From positions 1 to 63,474 of the forward strand of contig JAZSJX010000024.1 in assembly GCA_045534535.1 (NCBI GenBank): a stretch of 63,474 nucleotides of DNA, written 5' to 3'. Source of the stretch: Congzhengia sp. GTDB lineage: Bacteria > Bacillota > Clostridia > UBA1381 > UBA9506. A program made the translations under genes and the position numbers. Under the pieces are notes generated by a model. The model saw only the letters and a program-made list of their open reading frames with translations, was not told the DNA's origin and did not search any database. Positions 19,649-28,688 of this stretch are shown piece after piece; within the stretch, counting starts at the first letter, position 1; each line of letters begins with the position of its first letter.

Positions 19649-21172
19649 CTATTTTTCATCCATCATAAACTTTGATATATAATCACTTGAATTTAATGTT
19701 AATTGATGATTAAATTCATCATAACCCATTTCTTCTATCAAGGTCGGTCTTTCAGAGAACAGATTTGTTCCAAGGCCTAATCTGTCGCCCTCTATTTCAC
19801 AGCCCATTGCGGCAAGTGTTGTCGGGAATAAGTCCATACCCGTAAACTCACGGTTTTTGTAGTTGTCAGTTTTAGCTTGTGAGTTAAGAATGCAGTTATA
19901 TATGTGTCTTTCATATTCGGGATCTACATTTCTTTCAATATAGTCAGAATCCATGGTCTTATGGTCGCCACATATTACTACAGTAGTATCTTTGTAAAAT
20001 CTCTGTCTCTTTAGCCAGTTAACAAACTTGTTTACCTGTCGACTCGAGCACGCCATTACATTTTCATACTGCTCTTCATATTTATCGCCACACTGTTCGC
20101 ACTTGTATCCCGAAACATGGTGGGTATCAACCGTAAGCATTGTAAACGAAAACGGCTCATCTTGTTTTGAAAGCTCTGTGAGTTTTTCCTTTGCATAATC
20201 AAAAAGATAAGCGTCTTCCATTCCCCACCATACATAGTAGTTCTCAGGGATTAATCCTTCTTCTCTTGCGGTGTCAAGGTCATAGATTACATCTATTCCG
20301 TGGTCTTTATAATAAACATCACGGTTTGCAAAAACATCATCAGAACCAAACATAAGTGCCTGATTATATCCGTTATCCTCTAAAATATTTGTAATAGTTG
20401 TTGCACCAGGCAAAAATGAATCTTTCCCATACTTATTTCTCTCAAAAAGCCCGGGTGCCTTAAGCGGTATACCTGCCGTCTGTGCTGTCATAGCGGCAAC
20501 TGTCCAGGTAGTACCCTTAGGCGTTACAAAACCGCCTATCCCATCGTTATGAGAAAAGCTCACATTTTTTCTCGCAAGATTGTAAAGCTCAGGTATCGTA
20601 TTTTCCTTTAACGCACCGCCAAGCTCTTCTGACATAAATGTCGTTTCCATAGACTCTAGGAAAATATAAATAAGGTTTCTTTTTTTCTCAGGAAATGTAA
20701 TCTTTACATCATCGGGGTCAACATATTCCTCCGTGAAAATCACAGATTGATTTCTAAGGTTATATAAATAATCAAAAAATTCAATTTTTCCCATAGCAGT
20801 AAGAATTAAAACAACCGACAGCACAACAGAAATAATAACAGTAAATTTGTGTTTTACGGGATAAAATTTAAATGTCTTTTTCGGTTTAAAATATAAAGCT
20901 ACGCCAACAACTGCCGTTGAAAGAATCGACGGAATGACAGACCAAACGATAATACCCGTTACAAGACCCGTCTGCACGCCGTTAAGATTTGAAAATAAAG
21001 TAAATAAAATCGAGTCAAATCCCGTGTTGCCGTAGGTGTTCACATACCACAATGCCGCATAAAAGCATAAAAATGAAAAAGCAACAAAAAACATACACAA
21101 AACCTTTGACAATATATGCTTTTCCGACTTATTAGTTATAATATCATTTGAAGTTGCAATTTGACTGTTCAT
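19649..21172 (-). CDS. LTA synthase / phosphoglycerol transferase (sulfatase-fold) membrane protein
   Basis: Three N-terminal TM helices, NLIYIFLESME, catalytic-Thr region TTWTVAAM, TVDTH, GDH. Confidence 0.85.
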   Translation of the reverse strand: MNSQIATSNDIITNKSEKHILSKVLCMFFVAFSFLCFYAALWYVNTYGNTGFDSILFTLFSNLNGVQTGLVTGIIVWSVIPSILSTAVVGVALYFKPKKTFKFYPVKHKFTVIISVVLSVVLILTAMGKIEFFDYLYNLRNQSVIFTEEYVDPDDVKITFPEKKRNLIYIFLESMETTFMSEELGGALKENTIPELYNLARKNVSFSHNDGIGGFVTPKGTTWTVAAMTAQTAGIPLKAPGLFERNKYGKDSFLPGATTITNILEDNGYNQALMFGSDDVFANRDVYYKDHGIDVIYDLDTAREEGLIPENYYVWWGMEDAYLFDYAKEKLTELSKQDEPFSFTMLTVDTHHVSGYKCEQCGDKYEEQYENVMACSSRQVNKFVNWLKRQRFYKDTTVVICGDHKTMDSDYIERNVDPEYERHIYNCILNSQAKTDNYKNREFTGMDLFPTTLAAMGCEIEGDRLGLGTNLFSERPTLIEEMGYDEFNHQLTLNSSDYISKFMMDEK

Positions 21173-21196
21173 ACCAACTCTCCTTTTAACATAATA

Positions 21197-21225
21197 ATTA
21201 TAATATGAAAAAAAAGAAATGTCAA
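21197..21225 (-). promoter_or_regulatory. Consensus sigma-A promoter of the LTA synthase-family gene
   Basis: TTGACA-17 bp-TATAAT. Confidence 0.75.
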
Positions 21226-21263
21226 ATCAAATTATATTTTGTCATTAAATTGGCAAAAAAATA

Positions 21264-21292
21264 TTGAAAAGCAGAAAAAATTATGGTAATAT
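21264..21292 (+). promoter_or_regulatory. Sigma-A promoter upstream of the CitMHS transporter
   Basis: TTGAAA-17 bp-TAATAT with extended -10 TG. Confidence 0.55.
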
Positions 21293-21313
21293 ATAAAATA
21301 TGACCACTACTGA

Positions 21314-21424
21314 ACACAGTTTGTTAGTTACTCGCTTCGCTCGAGGCTTGAAACTAACACTTTTTATTTGCTTTTCTCACGGAAATGTTTCGTAAGATAT
21401 ATAAAATTATCAGCTCGGCTGTGT
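21314..21424 (+). other. Structured 5' leader or MITE/REP-like element
   Basis: Nested inverted repeats: ACACAGTT/GGCTGTGT, TGTTAGTT/AACTAACA, CTCG/CGAG, TTTTAT/ATAAAA. Confidence 0.5.
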
Positions 21425-21455
21425 ATATAAATAATTTAAATTTTGAGGTGAAATC

Positions 21456-22784
21456 ATGTCAGAAATTATCTTAAGTATTGCCGGTTTTCTCACCATTGCG
21501 GTGATTCTACTTGTGTTGAACCGAAAACTGACATCCCCTTATGTCGCCATCTCGATGGTGCCCATTATCACATGTTTTCTGATTGGCAAGGGCGCTTTTG
21601 TGGGCGAGTACATGCTGGACGGCGTTTCTTCCATCGCGCAGACTGGTGTCATGTTTATTTTCTCGGTGGCATTTTTTGGAATCATAAGCGAAACCGGTGC
21701 ATTTGATCCATTCGTCAACCGTATTATCAAGGCCACCAAAGGCGACCCGGTCCTTTTGATGATTGGTGTATGCGTGTTTGCTTCTATTGTGCACCTTGAC
21801 GGATCAGGCGTGGTAACATGCATGCTGGTCATTCCGTCTATGCTTCCAATATTCAAGAAGTTACACATGCGGAATACATCCTTTGCTATGGCCCTCGGAT
21901 TAAGCGCTGGTATAATGAACGCAATCCCCTGGGGCGGACCTACCATGAGAGCTGCTTCAGTTTTAGAAATGGATGTTATGAAATTGTGGATCCCATTTAT
22001 TCCCACACAGATTTTTGGACTGTTGGTTTCCCTGGTGATCTGCATTATGATAGGTCGCAAGGAAAAGAAACGTCTGATAGAAGAAGGAATTTTCTCCGAG
22101 AGTTCAAAACTTAACATGGACGAATTCGTTACTAAGTTAACTGATGAACAGCAGCAGATGCGACGCCCCAAACTGATCATAATTAACTGGATACTCATCT
22201 TTTTGATTTTGGGTCTGCTGATCAGCGGCGTAGTAAAACCCATGATTGCATTTATGGTAGGTGTATCACTGGCATTGATTATCAACTATCGTGATCCTGC
22301 AACCCAGCGAAAACTATTGGAAGATAAAGGAAAAGATGCTATTGGCCTTACCTGCATTATATTCTCCGCAGGCGTCCTCATGGGAATCATGGGAAAGTCG
22401 GGTATGTCTGCCGCTATGGCAACAACCCTGGTGAAGCTGATACCTGACGCTATATCAAAGTTTATGGCACCCATCATCGGCGTGCTGACCATTCCTTTAT
22501 CGATTCTCTTTGACGCAGATTCATATTATTACGGAATTATGCCCATCCTGATTGAAACAGCAGAAGCACTGGGAGGTAGCGGCATTGATATAGCCCGTGC
22601 ATCAATGATTGGTCAGATGACTGTTGGTTGGCCGGTATCCCCCATGGTTGGAACATTCTTCCTTTTCACCGGTATGTTAGATCTGGACATTGGCGTTTGG
22701 CAAAAATACTGTCTGAAGTACTTTATTTTAGTCACAGTTTTGATGACCGCCTTTGCCTGCGTAACCGGATTATTTACATTCTGA
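21456..22784 (+). CDS. CitMHS family citrate/metal-citrate:H+ symporter
   Basis: About 12 TM helices; VHLDGSG, GIMNAIPWGGPTMRAA, DSYYYGIMP, GWPVSP motifs; RBS GAGGTG. Confidence 0.88.
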   Translation: MSEIILSIAGFLTIAVILLVLNRKLTSPYVAISMVPIITCFLIGKGAFVGEYMLDGVSSIAQTGVMFIFSVAFFGIISETGAFDPFVNRIIKATKGDPVLLMIGVCVFASIVHLDGSGVVTCMLVIPSMLPIFKKLHMRNTSFAMALGLSAGIMNAIPWGGPTMRAASVLEMDVMKLWIPFIPTQIFGLLVSLVICIMIGRKEKKRLIEEGIFSESSKLNMDEFVTKLTDEQQQMRRPKLIIINWILIFLILGLLISGVVKPMIAFMVGVSLALIINYRDPATQRKLLEDKGKDAIGLTCIIFSAGVLMGIMGKSGMSAAMATTLVKLIPDAISKFMAPIIGVLTIPLSILFDADSYYYGIMPILIETAEALGGSGIDIARASMIGQMTVGWPVSPMVGTFFLFTGMLDLDIGVWQKYCLKYFILVTVLMTAFACVTGLFTF

Positions 22785-22824
22785 ACCGACTGACATCTAA
22801 AGTATCTGATGCAATTTTATAGTA

Positions 22825-22865
22825 AAAAAAGACGGTTGATTTTTAAAAAATCAACCGTCTTTTTT
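22825..22865. terminator. Bidirectional terminator between CitMHS and tRNA-Leu
   Basis: AAAAAAGACGGTTGATTTTT-A-AAAAATCAACCGTCTTTTTT perfect palindrome. Confidence 0.85.
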
Positions 22866-22948
22866 GGTGCGGATGACAGGACTTGAACCTGCACGTCGGA
22901 GACACTAGATCCTAAGTCTAGCGCGTCTGCCAATTCCGCCACATCCGC
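22865..22948 (-). tRNA. tRNA-Leu (anticodon TAG)
   Basis: GCGGATGTGGCGGAATTGGCAGACGCGCTAGACTTAGGATCTAGTGTCTCCGACGTGCAGGTTCAAGTCCTGTCATCCGCACCA: D loop, CTAGA/TCTAG anticodon stem, long variable arm, TTC loop, encoded CCA. Confidence 0.97.
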
Positions 22949-22959
22949 GAACATTTGGT

Positions 22960-22989
22960 ATTATAACACATACCCGCCTGATATGTCAA
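22960..22989 (-). promoter_or_regulatory. tRNA-Leu promoter
   Basis: TTGACA-18 bp-TATAAT, 11 bp before the tRNA. Confidence 0.75.
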
Positions 22990-23006
22990 GCATAATTTTA
23001 TAAAAA

Positions 23007-24737
23007 TTACGGCGTAACATAAATTGTCTTGTTATCCGTATAAATCACCATTCCGGGAGCTGCCCCTGAGGGTTTTTTTACAAATTTTGCAAGCGTATAA
23101 TCAACAGGAACATTTACGGAGTTTTTAGCCTTTGAATACCTAGCTGCAAGTCGTGCCGCCTCAATTATTGCAGTTTCACTAAATTCTTTTCCGTGCTCAT
23201 ACCTTAAAATAACATGCGAGCCGTGGATGTCCTTTGTATGAAACCACATATCGGAATTTTTTGCTGTTTTAAGCGTTAAAATATCGTTCTGTTTGTTGTT
23301 TTTTCCAACAAGTATGATAAACCCGTCAGACGATGAAAACTCTAAAGGCTTTGAAATTTCTCTCTTCCTTTTGTTCTTTTCCTGTCTTTTTACATACCCT
23401 TGTTCATAAAGTTCTTCTGAAATTTCCGCCAAATCGCGAACATCTTCTGCCTTTGAAAGCTCTTCCTCTACTGATTCTAAATACGATAGCTCATGTTTTG
23501 CCTTTTCAATCTGCGCCGAAAGCTCGTGCTTTGCGGTTTTTGACTTTGTGTACTTTTTAAAATAACGCTGAGCATTTTCAGACGGGGATAGCGCTTCGTC
23601 AAGCGGGATTGTAACAAGCTCATTTTCGTTATAATAATTTTCAACCGATGCATTTTTATCGCCTTTTTTTATGCGATAAAGATTTGCGGTTATAAGCTCG
23701 CCGTATTGCTTGTATTTTTCCATATTTTTTGTGTCATCAAGCTCTGATAACTGGCGCGCAAGTTTTTTTGCACATCTTTCTATATTTGTCGAAACTATTT
23801 TTACAAGTCTTGCACTTTTATGGGAAATTCTCTCCCTCGCATCCTTTTCCCTGTAAAACGCCTCTACTGTTTCTGACATTGAGTTTAAAGCCACAAGCTC
23901 TGCTGAATTTCCGTATTGGTTAATAGAAAACGATGAAAATTCAAAGGGTTTTTTAGTGTCTTTTCTTAATAAGTAACATGGAGAAAACTGTTTTTCCCTT
24001 GCCTTTTTAAATAAATCTATGCAGGCTGTTGCAATATCTAAAATTTGCGTGTAATTAAGCTCTTGTAAAAACTTGTCGCATGTAGAAATTGCCTTTTCGC
24101 AGATTTCCCTTGATATTAAGGGGCTTACTCCACCAACAGAGGATAAAATAACTTTATCTATTTTACTAGCTTTATCGCCGTTTTTAATGACTTCTGAAAT
24201 GCTGTTTAAATCACACAAAAGAGGATTTAGCTTGTTCTGCTTTGGTGGGGATGCGTATTTTAAACCCGGCAAAACCTGTCTTACTGAGCTTACCGAAAAG
24301 TCAACATGCTTTATACTGTCAATAATTTTATCATTTTCGCCTAAAAGGATGATGTTTGAATGGCGTCCCATAAGCTCCGCTATAAGCTTTTTTTCACATT
24401 TTTCGCCAAAATCATCTGTTGCCTCAAAAGTCAAAACAATTATTCTTTCAAAATCGGGCTGTGTTGCAGATACAAGCTTTGCACCAGACAAATGCTTTCT
24501 AAGGAGCATACAAAAAAGCGGTGCTGTCTCAGGACTTTGCTTTCTGTCCTCGGTTAAGCACACTCTGGCAACGGCAGGGTTTGCGGTTAGTCTTAATTTT
24601 TTTCCGCCACAAAGACCAAAAAACGATATTAAAAGCTCATCGTGTTCGGTCTGCTGAATTTTATCTATCTTAGACCCCGACAAAACTTTATTTATTTCGT
24701 CTGTCAGTGCCATAACACTAAAGCCGTCCATCGCCAT
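23007..24737 (-). CDS. rqcH: NFACT/FbpA family ribosome quality control factor RqcH
   Basis: MAMDG, FCMLLRKHL, ELMGRHSNIIL, NAQRYFKKY, VGKNNKQND, GSHV, KKPSGAAPGMVIY. Confidence 0.93.
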   Translation of the reverse strand: MAMDGFSVMALTDEINKVLSGSKIDKIQQTEHDELLISFFGLCGGKKLRLTANPAVARVCLTEDRKQSPETAPLFCMLLRKHLSGAKLVSATQPDFERIIVLTFEATDDFGEKCEKKLIAELMGRHSNIILLGENDKIIDSIKHVDFSVSSVRQVLPGLKYASPPKQNKLNPLLCDLNSISEVIKNGDKASKIDKVILSSVGGVSPLISREICEKAISTCDKFLQELNYTQILDIATACIDLFKKAREKQFSPCYLLRKDTKKPFEFSSFSINQYGNSAELVALNSMSETVEAFYREKDARERISHKSARLVKIVSTNIERCAKKLARQLSELDDTKNMEKYKQYGELITANLYRIKKGDKNASVENYYNENELVTIPLDEALSPSENAQRYFKKYTKSKTAKHELSAQIEKAKHELSYLESVEEELSKAEDVRDLAEISEELYEQGYVKRQEKNKRKREISKPLEFSSSDGFIILVGKNNKQNDILTLKTAKNSDMWFHTKDIHGSHVILRYEHGKEFSETAIIEAARLAARYSKAKNSVNVPVDYTLAKFVKKPSGAAPGMVIYTDNKTIYVTP

Positions 24738-25145
24738 TTATTTCACGCCCTTTTCGTCAATTATTTTAGTTATTTTAGGTGTCGGTGCTATTTTTTTATC
24801 AAATCTCTTAATTATAAAAAACGGCACGAAAAAGCATACTGCAGAAGCTAAAATAACTATACTGTCTTTAAAAAAGCCACTTGCAACAACAGCACCTGCT
24901 ATCGCACACAAAATCGGCACAAAATACAAGATAACTTCTGCCTTTATAACCTCTTTGGTGTCCGCTTCTATTTTTACTACATCGCCCGTTTTGGCATTTA
25001 TATGGTTTTCTGCCAAAGCCGTCATTTTACTAGGAGTACATCCGCCCTTGCAGTGAGCACAGTTTTCTCCGCATGCAGATGTGCGCATAACTAAAACTGT
25101 GGCTTTTTGTCCATCTGTTTTTAAAACTGTGCCTATCTGTTCCAT
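24738..25145 (-). CDS. RseC/MucC family membrane protein
   Basis: RTSACGENCAHCKGGC, N...A..GD.V, two C-terminal TM helices. Confidence 0.8.
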   Translation of the reverse strand: MEQIGTVLKTDGQKATVLVMRTSACGENCAHCKGGCTPSKMTALAENHINAKTGDVVKIEADTKEVIKAEVILYFVPILCAIAGAVVASGFFKDSIVILASAVCFFVPFFIIKRFDKKIAPTPKITKIIDEKGVK

Positions 25146-25150
25146 AAAAT

Positions 25151-26047
25151 TTATAATTCCTCTGCAATTTTTATAATTTTTTTAAGTCTTTGGTTTACTC
25201 CCGATTTGCTGATTTTCGGCACTAACATTTCGCTAAGCTCCGTAAGATTTGCCTCAGGATACTGGAGCCTTAATCTCGCCATTTTTTCCAAAGGCTCGGG
25301 AATTGCCTCAAGCCCTATTTTCGCCTTTATCTTATTTATTGCAACAAGCTGAACTGCGGCAGCGTCTGCCGTCTTTGAAATGTTTGCAGTATCGCAGTTT
25401 ACTTTTCTGGTAATGTTGTTTCTTACATCCTTTAAAATTTTAATATTACAAAGCTCAAGCATCGCCTCAGTTGCACCGATTACACCTAATATGTCGCAAA
25501 TTACATCACTTTGCTTTATGTACACAACATACTCAGATTTTCTCATAACAGTTTTTGTTTCAAAACCAACTTCTTCTATTATCTCTGCCAAATCACGGCT
25601 TAAATCACGATAGTGTGTTTTTATCTCAAAATGGTATCCGTTTTTTGGTGTTTTTACATATCCGCCACCCAAAAAAGCACCCGATAAAAATGCGATTTTA
25701 CAGCACTCATCGTGGATAATAAATGGGTCTACCGAAAATTTAACGATGCCGTCTTTTATAAAGCCAAGCTCTGTTAAAAGCGTTTTTGCCCCGTTTGACA
25801 CTGTAATCTGGCATATTTTACCTGCAGTCGTAAGCTCTGCACGAATTCCTGAAAGTTCTTTTATAAGACTATATGCTCTTCTTGCTATTGCCTGGCTTTC
25901 TGTTCGCATTTTAAAGATATTTTTGCCATCTTCTAAAATATATGCACCGCAAAAGGACGCAAGTCCTGCCAGGTGTGCCCTGATGCAGCAGCGTTTATCA
26001 TATTTTATTGTGCATAGCTCTTTTTTTACATCAATCGTAAATGACAT
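25151..26047 (-). CDS. whiA: DNA-binding protein WhiA
   Basis: MSFT..VKKEL, FLSGAFLGGG, YHFEI, RKVNCDTAN, SKSGVNQRL. Confidence 0.95.
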   Translation of the reverse strand: MSFTIDVKKELCTIKYDKRCCIRAHLAGLASFCGAYILEDGKNIFKMRTESQAIARRAYSLIKELSGIRAELTTAGKICQITVSNGAKTLLTELGFIKDGIVKFSVDPFIIHDECCKIAFLSGAFLGGGYVKTPKNGYHFEIKTHYRDLSRDLAEIIEEVGFETKTVMRKSEYVVYIKQSDVICDILGVIGATEAMLELCNIKILKDVRNNITRKVNCDTANISKTADAAAVQLVAINKIKAKIGLEAIPEPLEKMARLRLQYPEANLTELSEMLVPKISKSGVNQRLKKIIKIAEEL

Positions 26048-26064
26048 TTTTCTCACATCCCGAT

Positions 26065-28677
26065 TTATTTTGTATCGTACCAGCTCCTGCCCCATTTCAT
26101 ATCAGCCACGAGCGGAACCTTTAAGCTTACTGCATTTTCCATTTCACTCTTTAAAATTTCTTTTACCTTGTCAAGCTCTTCTTTTAAAGCCTCAACAATA
26201 AGTTCATCGTGAACCTGAAGAATAAGCCTCGATTTTAGCCCCTCTTCCTTTAGCCTTTTGTGTACATTTATCATCGCAAGCTTTATAATATCTGCCGCAC
26301 TTCCTTGGACAGGTGTGTTCATTGCGACACGCTCTCCAAACGAACGAAGATTAAAGTTAGAGGATGCAAGCTCAGGAATTTGTCTGCGGCGCGAGAACAT
26401 AGTTTTAACATAGCCGTTTTCCTTTGCAAAATCAACTGTATCCTTCATATACTTTTTAACATTCGGATATGTTCCCAGATAGTCGTTTATATACTCTTTT
26501 GCAGCCTTTACGCTAATTTTAAGGTCTTGCGACAAAGAAAACTCTCCCATTCCGTAAACCAAGCCAAAATTTATAGCCTTTGCCGCACTTCGCATATCAG
26601 AGGTTACACTTTCCTTATCGACTCCAAACACCTTAGAAGCGGTAGATGCGTGAATGTCTGCACCGCTTTCAAACGCCTCAATCATATTTTCATCATCTGC
26701 AATGTGGGCGAGTACCCTAAGCTCAATCTGTGAATAGTCGGCATCAACTAAAACGAAGTCATCATTTTGTGCAACAAACATTTTACGCATTTCCCGACCC
26801 AGCTGAGTTCTCACAGGAATGTTTTGTAAATTCGGCTCAGTTGAGCTTATTCTTCCCGTAACGGTTACTGTCTGGTTAAAGCTTGAATGAACCTTGCCCG
26901 TCCTTTTGTCAATTACCGCAAAAAGTCCCTCAACATAGGTTGAATTGAGCTTCGCTATCTTTCTGTACTCCAATATTTTTTCAACTATCGGATGCTCATA
27001 CTTTAATTTTTCTAAAACCTCGGCGTTTGTAGAATATCCGCTTTTTGTTTTCTTTTTAGCCGTAAGTCCTAATTCTTCAAACAAAACTACGCCCAGCTGC
27101 TTCGGTGAATTTATATTAAATTCGTGTCCTGCTAAAGCATAAATTTCTTCCGTCAACTTGTTTTGCTCATTTTTAAGTCTTTCCCCGAACTCACCTAAAA
27201 GCTCTGTGTCAACAGAAAAACCCGAAATTTCCATAGCCGCTAAAACATAAACCAACGGCATTTCTATTGTTTTAAAAAGCTCTATGATTTCCTGATTTTT
27301 CATTTCCTCAAGTTCATAGCTTTTTAAAGCATCTAAAGCTATTGCCTTTTTCATAAGGCAGGTATTTTCATATGTGTCATTCATGCCGTCTATCGACAGC
27401 TGTTCGCCACCTTCATTTTCTTCGATGGTAACACCTAAACAATCTTGTGAAAGCTCTGTTAAATCATAGCTTTTTCTAGATGGTTCTAAAAGATATGATG
27501 CAATTTCGGTATCAAAATCAACATTTGTCAAATCAATTCCGTGTCTTGAAAGATAAACTATTGTATCCTTAAGTCCGTGTGTGCTTTTCTTCCTGTCAGA
27601 TTCAAAAAATGCCTTCCATACATCGATGTTTTTAGAAAAGGACGCTGAATATCCCGTTTTTTTATCAACACAAAAACCAACTTCGTCTGCATTTTTGTCT
27701 AAAATAAAGGATATGTTTTCATTTTCTAAAAGCTTTTTAAGTTCTTCTCCGCCTACAGTTTTAAACTCTGTAGTTTCAAAAATATCGATTTTGGGCATTT
27801 CACTTTTTTCCGGAACAAGTCCCATCTTCTTAATAAACGATTTAAACTCTAAGCGATTGAAAATATCATAAAGTTCTGCGTTATTGACATTAGTTCTCTC
27901 GTTATCTGAAATCTTAAAGTCAATAGGCACATGTCTATCAATGGTGGCAAGCTTTTTACTTAAATACGCACTATCCTTGCTTTCTATAAGTTTTATTTTG
28001 GTAGCTCCCTTTATATTTTCAATATTTTCGTAAACGCCATCAATTGAATGATATTCTGAAATAAGTGCAGTAGCACCCTTTTCCCCAATTCCCCGAACAC
28101 CCGGTATATTGTCAGACGAATCCCCCATAACCGCCTTTAAATCAATAAATTCGGTTGGCGTAACGCCATATTTTTCATAAACTTTTTTATCGTCAAAAAC
28201 TTCTGTTGTGGTGTTTCCCATACGGGTTGTAACCAAGTGTATCAAAACCTTGTCTGACGCTAACTGCAAGTCGTCCTTATCCCCCGTTAAAACACAACAG
28301 CAAACATCTTCATCTTCGCAGATTTTAGAAACTGTTCCTATGATGTCGTCTGCCTCAAAGCCCTCTTTTTCGTAGATTTTAATGTTCATAGCCGCAAGAA
28401 TTTCTTTCATTACGGGCATCTGCTCACGAAGCTCATCAGGCATTTTGTGTCTTGTTGCCTTATAGCCGTCAAACATTTTGTGGCGGAAGGTAGGCTGCGG
28501 CAAGTCAAACGCCGCTGCAATATAGTCGGGCGAAATTTCATCTAAATATTTAAACAGTATGTTTAAAAAACCAAAAATTGCGTTAGTGTTAAAGCCCTCT
28601 TTGTTTGTAAGGGGTCTTACAGCATAAAACGCCCGATTTATAATACTGTTCGCATCTAAAATTAAAAGCTTTTTCAT
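26065..28677 (-). CDS. polA: DNA polymerase I
   Basis: 5'-3' exonuclease (RAFYA, EADD, GDSSDNIPGV) plus Pol A motifs DYSQIELR, KAINFGLVYG, QVHDEL. Confidence 0.99.
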   Translation of the reverse strand: MKKLLILDANSIINRAFYAVRPLTNKEGFNTNAIFGFLNILFKYLDEISPDYIAAAFDLPQPTFRHKMFDGYKATRHKMPDELREQMPVMKEILAAMNIKIYEKEGFEADDIIGTVSKICEDEDVCCCVLTGDKDDLQLASDKVLIHLVTTRMGNTTTEVFDDKKVYEKYGVTPTEFIDLKAVMGDSSDNIPGVRGIGEKGATALISEYHSIDGVYENIENIKGATKIKLIESKDSAYLSKKLATIDRHVPIDFKISDNERTNVNNAELYDIFNRLEFKSFIKKMGLVPEKSEMPKIDIFETTEFKTVGGEELKKLLENENISFILDKNADEVGFCVDKKTGYSASFSKNIDVWKAFFESDRKKSTHGLKDTIVYLSRHGIDLTNVDFDTEIASYLLEPSRKSYDLTELSQDCLGVTIEENEGGEQLSIDGMNDTYENTCLMKKAIALDALKSYELEEMKNQEIIELFKTIEMPLVYVLAAMEISGFSVDTELLGEFGERLKNEQNKLTEEIYALAGHEFNINSPKQLGVVLFEELGLTAKKKTKSGYSTNAEVLEKLKYEHPIVEKILEYRKIAKLNSTYVEGLFAVIDKRTGKVHSSFNQTVTVTGRISSTEPNLQNIPVRTQLGREMRKMFVAQNDDFVLVDADYSQIELRVLAHIADDENMIEAFESGADIHASTASKVFGVDKESVTSDMRSAAKAINFGLVYGMGEFSLSQDLKISVKAAKEYINDYLGTYPNVKKYMKDTVDFAKENGYVKTMFSRRRQIPELASSNFNLRSFGERVAMNTPVQGSAADIIKLAMINVHKRLKEEGLKSRLILQVHDELIVEALKEELDKVKEILKSEMENAVSLKVPLVADMKWGRSWYDTK

Positions 28678-28688
28678 TTGACTTTCTC

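Noticed and set aside
21539-22285. 248-aa minus-strand ORF
   Set aside because: Antisense to the CitMHS gene; a shadow of hydrophobic codons with no RBS or motifs.
19612-22948. Possible integrative element with att sites at tRNA-Leu
   Set aside because: No integrase and no duplicated tRNA 3' end seen, so it is reported only as a possible relic islet.
24073-24657. 194-aa plus-strand ORF
   Set aside because: Antisense shadow of rqcH.
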